Virus record (IMG/VR): IMGVR_UViG_2706796498_000001
Span: 42,072 to 106,071 of that record
Length of the DNA: 64,000 bases
Source of the DNA: a virus
Taxonomy: Duplodnaviria > Caudoviricetes
Strand: one strand, 5' to 3'
Under the pieces are notes generated by a model. That model ran no database searches. It saw nothing but the letters and a program-made list of their open reading frames with translations, and had not been told where the DNA came from. Below, piece by piece: positions 57,522 to 64,000 of this stretch (position 1 is its first letter; each line of letters starts with the position of its first letter). Made by a program: the position numbers and the translations under genes.

Positions 57522-58232
57522 ATGGCCAAGAAGGAATTACAAAGTCTTAGTCTAAAAGAATTAATTGCAGACCAACCACTATACAGTAAAGTGGTCAATA
57601 TGCTAGATCAGAAACAATCGTACCGATACATTCTGAAATACTTAGCAACTAAAGGATATAAAATGAGTACCGCTGGTTTAACCCATTTAAAGGATAAACT
57701 AACCGAATCACGAGAAACTGGGGTACCAATTGAAATGTTAGGAGATAAACGTTCCTCCAAGAAAGAGATTCAGGAACACACAGCAGAACAAGAAGCTAGT
57801 TTAGAAGATGTTCTAGAACACGCTACTGGCTATACAGGGGAACCAGAAACGGGGGTTGCCAAACCCATTCCCGTTTATAGTTCTGAACAGTTATTAGAGG
57901 AACTACTCAAGAAGGGAATGCATACAATCCAAGAGAGTGACTTTATCGACCTGCCGGTAGTGTTGAAAACCCTAGAGTTGTATGAGAAGTATTATGGAGC
58001 CAAGAACCGAGGATTGACTGGTGAAGCCCTCAAGCAGTATCAGTTAATTATGCAAGCCCAACAAACGGCGATGACCGAGGTGTTCTTACAGTATGTTCCT
58101 AAGACTAGACAACAGGAAGCCTTAAAAGCCCTTGAACAACGATCACAGGAGATCTTAACTCAAATTGGGGCGACTAAAGAAGGTAAGGAATTGCTGAAAC
58201 AACTAGACCGGGCTGGCCTAGAGATGAATTAA
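57522..58232 (+). CDS. Conserved hypothetical protein (helical, possible N-terminal DNA-binding domain)
   Basis: LYSKVVNMLD...SY..I..YL...G..MS.AGL and GLT.EAL.QY motifs; late-type motif upstream. Confidence 0.6.
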   Translation: MAKKELQSLSLKELIADQPLYSKVVNMLDQKQSYRYILKYLATKGYKMSTAGLTHLKDKLTESRETGVPIEMLGDKRSSKKEIQEHTAEQEASLEDVLEHATGYTGEPETGVAKPIPVYSSEQLLEELLKKGMHTIQESDFIDLPVVLKTLELYEKYYGAKNRGLTGEALKQYQLIMQAQQTAMTEVFLQYVPKTRQQEALKALEQRSQEILTQIGATKEGKELLKQLDRAGLEMN

Positions 58233-58239
58233 AGGAGTA

Positions 58240-58833
58240 ATGATAATGCGTTTTAACTTAATGTCAAAGAATCGAACCATCTACTTTACTGAACTGAATG
58301 AAAAGCCAATTCAAATTCAACCGTTGGAAGAAGTTACTTTTATTATTTTAGGTGATCATAAGTATGTTATCCCTTATGGTTTAGATACTTACAAGCAGTT
58401 AGCTAATCAAATGGCTAAGAACAGCCATGATGTAGATCAACTCTTTAAGGCTACAATTAAGGTTCTTAATGTTAGCCCTTATGGTCATAACGTGGATAAA
58501 CTAGTCTTACGACTTAACGAACTCAAGGAACAGGCAGAAAAGGAAGATGCCTTAGTTTTTTATGGGGTAATAATTAATGCTTTATCTGATTATCAAACAC
58601 CAATGATCGACCATGAGGAATGGGAAGAACTAGTTGATAATGTTATTGAAACTGGTAATTTAGAATTATCACCCTCCGCATTCTATGATTTAGAGAAGCA
58701 AGAATCACCAGAAATTCATAACGAGATTATCCCAACCCTAATGGAATTAATTAAGCAAGTTGATCAACAGGGATTACTTGATGATTTAACCGACCCGACT
58801 GAAATGCTAAAGGCTTATTACGAAGGGAAGTAA
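58240..58833 (+). CDS. Hypothetical protein
   Basis: ORF with SD. Confidence 0.6.
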   Translation: MIMRFNLMSKNRTIYFTELNEKPIQIQPLEEVTFIILGDHKYVIPYGLDTYKQLANQMAKNSHDVDQLFKATIKVLNVSPYGHNVDKLVLRLNELKEQAEKEDALVFYGVIINALSDYQTPMIDHEEWEELVDNVIETGNLELSPSAFYDLEKQESPEIHNEIIPTLMELIKQVDQQGLLDDLTDPTEMLKAYYEGK

Positions 58834-58837
58834 GATC

Positions 58838-59611
58838 ATGGCTTATTCCTATTCAACCATTAAGACCCAGCAAGGTTTCCTCAAGAAGGGGTTTCAAGAT
58901 TATAAGCTAATTAACATGAGTATTAACCTAGCACACACTAAGACAATCCATGAAATCTACCGGCATGAAACCTACTGGGTAGTATTGGGGCAAACAGATG
59001 ATTTTAGCCATCTGGAGTTTGTCACTTATGACCATGAAGAACCCCTAACTACTTATCTAAATGATAACCCGAGTGGGTTGTACCAGAGTTTAGATGGTTA
59101 TCAGAGGTGGGGGATCACATTAGTACACCCAAAGTTTAGCTACCGCCCGTTTACCTTTAATGATCGTCCCTATGTAATCATTAGAATTACAGACGCCGGG
59201 TTAGTCTATAATCTGTTAATGGCTAAGTACACTTATGAAACGCCCTTCGTGTTTACCAAGGTTAAGATGAATAAGACTAACCTTTATAACCTTATGGACT
59301 TGCTTAACCTAGGTTTGTTAGGGCGTCAAGTTAGCTATAATCTGGCAACGGAGCATGTCCTTAGGCGTCAACGTGTAAATGATGATCTAAGTGTAGCAAG
59401 AATAACTTTTGAGAACCCCACTGATCGAGAAGGAATGGAAAAGTATCGTCTGTGTCTAAGCCAAGAAGATACATTAGTTAATATCTATGATTATAAAAAA
59501 GTAATTGTTAAGCCATATGTTTACGACTTAACCGACCAAGATTCTATTCCGGGAGTAAGCATTGAGTTAGTTAGTGACCACGAAAGACTAGAGATTGAGG
59601 TTGATGGTTAA
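58838..59611 (+). CDS. Hypothetical protein
   Basis: ORF followed by a terminator. Confidence 0.6.
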   Translation: MAYSYSTIKTQQGFLKKGFQDYKLINMSINLAHTKTIHEIYRHETYWVVLGQTDDFSHLEFVTYDHEEPLTTYLNDNPSGLYQSLDGYQRWGITLVHPKFSYRPFTFNDRPYVIIRITDAGLVYNLLMAKYTYETPFVFTKVKMNKTNLYNLMDLLNLGLLGRQVSYNLATEHVLRRQRVNDDLSVARITFENPTDREGMEKYRLCLSQEDTLVNIYDYKKVIVKPYVYDLTDQDSIPGVSIELVSDHERLEIEVDG

Positions 59612-59617
59612 ACCAAA

Positions 59618-59687
59618 TAAAATATAAGTTTTGAGTACCGGGTTTTCTCCCGGTATTTTTTTGTATAAAATATAAGTTTTGAGTACC
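59618..59687. repeat. Direct repeat TAAAATATAAGTTTTGAGTACC (2 copies) around a terminator hairpin
   Basis: Copies at ~59618-59639 and ~59666-59687; TACCGGG-TTTTCT-CCCGGTA-T7 overlaps the end of copy 1. Confidence 0.8.
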
Positions 59688-59875
59688 ACGAAAAGCGGGG
59701 TAAAAACAGATGGCCGTTGTGGCCCCGCTCCCGGCCGTGATCACGATCGTCCTTGCCCACAAGGGTACTACCCTACCACATTTCATCACGTTTGTCAATA
59801 GATAAACCAAATTAATTGATTAATTTTTTTATTCCTATGTATAGGGGGCGATCAAAAATAAATCTAAAAAAAGTG

Positions 59876-59905
59876 TTGACAAGGGAACGGGCTAGGTGGT
59901 ACTAT
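59876..59905 (+). promoter_or_regulatory. Early promoter
   Basis: A tract-GTG-TTGACA-18-(TGG)TACTAT. Confidence 0.8.
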
Positions 59906-59935
59906 AAGAGCGTAGAAACGAAGGGGGTTATAGAT

Positions 59936-60121
59936 ATGCGACTAAAGGACGTAACAAAATCAGTGAGAAAGCCGGAAAAGCAATGGTACCAAAAGCCGTG
60001 GTGTTGGGTAGTGATTATTCTAGTGACCCCGCCGGTTGTTGCGTGGTGCTTTACCCCGTACGGGTTCTGGTCATTCCTAGGGGCGTTTGTGCTAGGTTCC
60101 TTATATGATCGTAGGCGGTAA
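59936..60121 (+). CDS. Small membrane protein (61 aa)
   Basis: ATG 59936 with SD AAGGGGG; KQWYQKPWCW followed by two hydrophobic segments. Confidence 0.7.
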   Translation: MRLKDVTKSVRKPEKQWYQKPWCWVVIILVTPPVVAWCFTPYGFWSFLGAFVLGSLYDRRR

Positions 60122-60149
60122 TTTTTTTAGACAAAATCAAAAAAAGGTG

Positions 60150-60177
60150 TTGACTTTAATTATAGACGTGTTATTAT
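60150..60177 (+). promoter_or_regulatory. Early promoter of an empty cassette
   Basis: TTGACT-16-(TGT)TATTAT; followed by leader and SD but no start codon. Confidence 0.75.
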
Positions 60178-60246
60178 ATAGTTGTAATAAGGAACAAGGA
60201 AAGAAGAAGGAGCTAATTTTTTTAAAAACAAAATTCAAAAAAAGTG

Positions 60247-60275
60247 TTGACAATCTTTAGACCTGATGATATTAT
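60247..60275 (+). promoter_or_regulatory. Early promoter
   Basis: TTGACA-17-(TGA)TATTAT. Confidence 0.8.
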
Positions 60276-60314
60276 AAGAATGTAGCAAGGATAAGAAAAG
60301 AAAGGTAGTTAAAA

Positions 60315-60810
60315 ATGACTGAACTATACATTAACCAAAAGTTGAACCAACTTGCAGAATTAGACTATGATCAAATGCCTGAAAACCCACTTGATTGCCA
60401 AGGAACAGGGCAAGCTGGTTTACCCCGTCACCAAGTACCAACATTCAATGGTACATTACTACCTTGGTAGTGACGAAGGTTGGGACTGTGGTGTTAATGG
60501 TTTTGTACTGGTGGACGTAAAGCAAGCAAAGAAAAACCTAGGGTTTATCAGTGAAAAGGATATTGTAGCTAACATTAATAACACTCTAGAAGATTTTACC
60601 AGCTATGCTAACGGGGACGTTTTCTTCGTTGCCTTTTATCAACTCAATGATAAGGGGGAAAAAGAAGAAGAATTGGATTGCGCCGGTAGCATTCAATCAA
60701 AAGACGCAAACATTGAAGGGCTTTTCAATTTAGGTTTCCTCGAAGGTAAGCTTGAAGATTGGCAAGAAGCCCAAGAAGAAATTAAAACTAGTTATACGGT
60801 AGCAGACTAA
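60315..60810 (+). pseudogene. Early gene apparently disrupted by an out-of-frame internal deletion
   Basis: SD and ATG at 60315 give MTELYINQKLNQLAELDYDQMPENPLD and stop at 60470; the conserved-looking YPVTKYQHS...WDCGVNG...YANGDV part is in another frame (60367-60810) without an SD. Confidence 0.55.
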
Positions 60811-60829
60811 AATTTAGGGGGATATAAGA

Positions 60830-61312
60830 TTGACATACAAACAAGAAAAGCAAGAATATGATAGCCGGGTTAAAACCTTACAACGGGTCACTATTTTAGA
60901 TAAGGGTCCCGGCAAGGGAACCCCGGTCAAGATGGCGGCAGTTTATTTATTAGAATATTCTAATGATCTTAACAATTATATCAGTAAGGAATGCTTAGCA
61001 TTAGGGCCTTTTGACACTAACCTAGATAGCTTATACACTATCAAGGGGCAAAATGATGATTATAATATTTACTTGTTAGACAAGGAATTAGACCCGCAAC
61101 AAAAAATTATCATTATTCAACGGGGGTGTACGGTTAAAATTCTTAGGGATTACGGGGTTGTTCTATCCTTTAATTACAATTGTACACCACTAGCCGCCCG
61201 TTCCTTGGCGGCCACCTTGGCAACCCTAACACTTAATAAGGATACAACTATAGACAAGTTATTGGTTCACTTGCTACACCCTAAAAAGTACGGGCGTGAA
61301 ACAGACTTTTAG
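60830..61312 (+). CDS. Early hypothetical protein
   Basis: TTG start with SD AGGGGG. Confidence 0.6.
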   Translation: MTYKQEKQEYDSRVKTLQRVTILDKGPGKGTPVKMAAVYLLEYSNDLNNYISKECLALGPFDTNLDSLYTIKGQNDDYNIYLLDKELDPQQKIIIIQRGCTVKILRDYGVVLSFNYNCTPLAARSLAATLATLTLNKDTTIDKLLVHLLHPKKYGRETDF

Positions 61313-61321
61313 AAAAAAGTG

Positions 61322-61349
61322 TTGACTTTAAATCCAACTATGCTATTAT
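61322..61349 (+). promoter_or_regulatory. Early promoter
   Basis: TTGACT-16-(TGC)TATTAT. Confidence 0.75.
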
Positions 61350-61388
61350 ATAGTTGTAGCAAGGAATTAAAGAAAAGAGGAAATTAAA

Positions 61389-61922
61389 ATGAACAAGCAA
61401 ACTAATAATGGTGCAATTGACACGCTTTTAAAGCGTAGCTGGGACATGGGCCTTGATTTCATTGATGAAGGCAAGTTTGAAAGCAATAAAGAATTAGGGG
61501 CGTTGTTCGATAGTGTCTACCCTTGGGAGATTGACGACAAGGAGAAGGCCGAACTGGTCCAGGAATTATTAGACAATGGCTATATCGAACCGTCCCCTGA
61601 TGATGAAGAAATTGATTCCTTACAAATTGTGGACAATCATTTATACACCCACTACCGTGATTTAACGATGATGGATATTTGTAACTACTTAATCTATGAT
61701 AAGTGCCGGAAGGACTACCTGTTAGGATTTGACGCCTTTGGTAGTTATGAAATAACCGGGGCAATTGACCTCGCCACTGGTTCTATCGGCTACTATAATA
61801 GTGAATATGACGTTTATACGCAAGTTGGAACCCTTTGGGAGAATGACGTGACCAAACTTGAAAGGGTGGTAAATGATTATGATTTTTCAATTGATTGTAC
61901 TTGCAAGGTTGCAAGGAATTAA
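61389..61922 (+). CDS. Acidic early hypothetical protein
   Basis: Own promoter and SD GAGG; D/E-rich. Confidence 0.7.
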   Translation: MNKQTNNGAIDTLLKRSWDMGLDFIDEGKFESNKELGALFDSVYPWEIDDKEKAELVQELLDNGYIEPSPDDEEIDSLQIVDNHLYTHYRDLTMMDICNYLIYDKCRKDYLLGFDAFGSYEITGAIDLATGSIGYYNSEYDVYTQVGTLWENDVTKLERVVNDYDFSIDCTCKVARN

Positions 61923-61946
61923 TTTAAAATAAAACCATAAAAAGTG

Positions 61947-61974
61947 TTGACTTTTAACACAACTATGGTATTAT
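61947..61974 (+). promoter_or_regulatory. Early promoter
   Basis: TTGACT-16-(TGG)TATTAT; nearly identical to the promoter at 62392. Confidence 0.75.
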
Positions 61975-62013
61975 ATAAGTGTAATAAAGATAAACAAAAA
62001 GGGGCTAATCAAA

Positions 62014-62382
62014 ATGAAAACTACTAAGCAAACGGAACAGGAATTACGCAACGTCCTATTGAATTGGGTCGTGGACGCTGATTCAACCCCTTCGGAACCG
62101 GAACAGGGCGTGGAACTGACCTATCAAGCTAATGACGGGACACTAGGATTTTGGGTTGATCTTTACACGCGTGATTTTGAGGATTTACCGAATGTTGAAA
62201 TTAAGGACGGTGATTTATATCACCGTGGTAAGCTGGTTGAGGACTTGGTGGAGGCTGAAGAGTTGCTTGGCTATCTTATGATCGTAGACGAGATTATATA
62301 TGATTTAAAGGGTGGTTTAAAAGGGCGTGAAGAATACAACGAAGAAAACGTAAAGGAATTTATTAAGTATCTTAAAAATTAA
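62014..62382 (+). CDS. Acidic early hypothetical protein
   Basis: Own promoter and SD AAGGGG. Confidence 0.7.
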   Translation: MKTTKQTEQELRNVLLNWVVDADSTPSEPEQGVELTYQANDGTLGFWVDLYTRDFEDLPNVEIKDGDLYHRGKLVEDLVEAEELLGYLMIVDEIIYDLKGGLKGREEYNEENVKEFIKYLKN

Positions 62383-62391
62383 ATAAAAATG

Positions 62392-62419
62392 TTGACTTTT
62401 AACACAACTATGGTACTAT
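62392..62419 (+). promoter_or_regulatory. Early promoter
   Basis: TTGACT-TTTAACACAACTATGG-TACTAT. Confidence 0.75.
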
Positions 62420-62533
62420 AAGAGTGTAGAAAAGATAAACAAGAAAAGGGGAAACAAGAAAATCTTAGATGGTGTAGTTTCAAAAAAGGAAAGTCGCCCC
62501 GTTTTAAAGGGTGTTCACTACCAGAATGGAAAC

Positions 62534-63034
62534 ATGGTTGCCACTGATAGTCATCAACTGGTCTTATTCAAGGACGTGGTAGAGGACAAAGAGTTAAATG
62601 TAACAATTGATTTAAGCACTTACCTACCTATTAACATGAATTATCCCGAAACTGAACGGCTTATTCCAATGGAACACACCACGCAACTAGTCTTTCATAA
62701 CTTAGATGAAATTAAGGGACTAGTGGACTATCTCAAAGCAAGTAAGAAACAGCTTGTTGATATGGATATTAAGGGTTCAGGATTTACCCTTAAATTGCAG
62801 GATAACCCTTATATGGTGTATAATCAAGAGGTTGAATGGAACGGTGACGAATTAGAGATTAGCTATAACCCTAGTTACTTATATAACGCTTTAGCGTACC
62901 TTGGCCGCTTAGTAAAGGAGCAACCGGTAGAATACACCGGGGACATTCTGATTAGCTTTAACGGCGATTTACGGCCCTTCACGGTGGTGTTTGGTAGCAT
63001 GACTTACTTAGTTACCCCTGTAAGGAATATCTAA
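62534..63034 (+). CDS. DNA polymerase III beta-clamp-like protein (domains 2-3 only; 5' end lacks ATG)
   Basis: In-frame upstream SRPVLKGV, then VATDSHQL, NYPETERLIP, ISYNPSYL..AL, LRPF, YLVTPVR. Confidence 0.72.
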   Translation: MVATDSHQLVLFKDVVEDKELNVTIDLSTYLPINMNYPETERLIPMEHTTQLVFHNLDEIKGLVDYLKASKKQLVDMDIKGSGFTLKLQDNPYMVYNQEVEWNGDELEISYNPSYLYNALAYLGRLVKEQPVEYTGDILISFNGDLRPFTVVFGSMTYLVTPVRNI

Positions 63035-63042
63035 TACAACCC

Positions 63043-63077
63043 AAAAAGAGGTCTATTCAGGAATGGATAGGCTTTTT
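63043..63077. terminator. Probable bidirectional terminator
   Basis: AAAAAGAGGTCTATTC-AGGAAT-GGATAGGCTTTTT. Confidence 0.65.
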
Positions 63078-63280
63078 AGTTTACCCTTTAATCTAACCCT
63101 TTAACCATCTAATTAAGCTAAGCCTATAACCCTACTAAATAACATTAAACTGTTAACCTGAATGAAAGATAACTACTAACCTTACCCCCTTCGCTTTAAC
63201 TTGTCAAGTATACCAGCTTAGGTTACTAGAAAATATTTACTATAACTATAAAGGTTGATCCTAATAAATTTAAAAAGGTG

Positions 63281-63309
63281 TTGACATTGCTTTCCTATAG
63301 GTGTATTAT
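63281..63309 (+). promoter_or_regulatory. Early promoter of an empty cassette
   Basis: TTGACA-17-TATTAT; leader with SD GAGGGG but no start codon. Confidence 0.75.
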
Positions 63310-63373
63310 AAAGACAATCAAGAAACAAGGAAAAGAGGGGAAGCAAACAAGATAAAAATAATTAATAAAACTA

Positions 63374-63402
63374 TTGACAAGTTAAAACAAGTAAGGTATA
63401 CT
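63374..63402 (+). promoter_or_regulatory. Early promoter
   Basis: TTGACA-17-TATACT. Confidence 0.8.
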
Positions 63403-63432
63403 AAAGACAATCAAAGGAAAGGAATATTAAAC

Positions 63433-63861
63433 ATGAAAAACTACAATGAAATGACTAGCAAGGAAAAGGCGCAATTAATCTTGGAAAATACACCAAGTGA
63501 ACAATTACAACAGTTAGCTATTGACCTATCCCAGGCCTATGGCGATTATGGAATTCAAACCACTGATGATTGGTTTGATACTATAGTCGAAGAATTCAAT
63601 AGTGGTGTAGTGGAAACTGATATTGTAGAAATTATCAGAATTGCACAACAATCCAAGGATCTTGACATTTGCGATACTTTTATTCGTGGTAGTATCTACT
63701 ACTATGATTATAAGACAAGCGACAATGCACTAGACTTGGTTAATGATGAGGAACTATCAGAATGGATCGAAAACGCTATTGAAGATGATAACCCTATTAT
63801 TGAGGACGCTAACAACGAACTTGAAATTGAAGCTATGCAAGAAGGACTTAAAAACGATTAA
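63433..63861 (+). CDS. Acidic early hypothetical protein (142 aa)
   Basis: ATG 63433 with SD GGAAAGGA; the listed upstream extension runs through promoters. Confidence 0.7.
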   Translation: MKNYNEMTSKEKAQLILENTPSEQLQQLAIDLSQAYGDYGIQTTDDWFDTIVEEFNSGVVETDIVEIIRIAQQSKDLDICDTFIRGSIYYYDYKTSDNALDLVNDEELSEWIENAIEDDNPIIEDANNELEIEAMQEGLKND

Positions 63862-63865
63862 GAAT

Positions 63866-63900
63866 GAACGGCCGCCTGAAAACGAGCGGTCTTTTTTTTT
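63866..63900 (+). terminator. Intrinsic terminator
   Basis: GGCCGC...GCGGTC followed by T9. Confidence 0.75.
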
Positions 63901-64000
63901 ATCGCATATCACTTGACTTTTGCAGCAGGATATGGTATACACCCCTCCCCCCCGTTTGTCAAGTACCAATCCAGTACCTGACCCCCTATCTGCTCTACCC

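Noticed and set aside
59571-59810. 79-aa minus-strand ORF with a repeated GTQNLYFI peptide
   Set aside because: Translation artefact of the 22-bp direct repeat; no SD
59816-59935. Listed upstream extensions of ORFs (also at 45204, 48399, 51972, 63301, 28899)
   Set aside because: They start at TTG/GTG codons within promoters or upstream genes; downstream ATGs have clear SD sequences
1-64000. tRNA genes, group I introns, integrase or CRISPR array
   Set aside because: None recognised; terminase, helicase and recA frames are uninterrupted within this window

Overview
A 64 kb segment of a large lytic myovirus of the SPO1/Twort-like group (Herelleviridae), most likely infecting a lactobacillus (low GC, sigmaA-type promoters, receptor-binding modules resembling those of lactic-acid-bacterial phages). 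In order it holds: the 3' end of the terminase, portal, major capsid, prohead protease and scaffold; an inverted block of four neck/connector genes; tail assembly chaperones with a probable +1 frameshift; tape measure with a lytic transglycosylase domain; baseplate and a large mosaic tail-fibre module; replication/recombination genes (DnaB-type helicase, SbcC with an Ala-start LAGLIDADG intein, primase, resolvase, SSB, RecA, phage sigma factor); four paralogous hexapeptide-repeat genes; and, from about 59.8 kb, an early (host-takeover-like) region of repeated strong promoter cassettes, several empty or damaged. The strongest candidate for an undescribed system is a ~100-nt non-coding transcription unit between portal and capsid (early-type promoter, 5' hairpin, CU-rich core, intrinsic terminator). 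Its core is complementary over 13-22 nt to the Shine-Dalgarno-containing leaders of several phage early/middle genes, suggesting a multi-target anti-RBS small RNA. All family calls come from motif recognition and synteny by eye; no database search was run.
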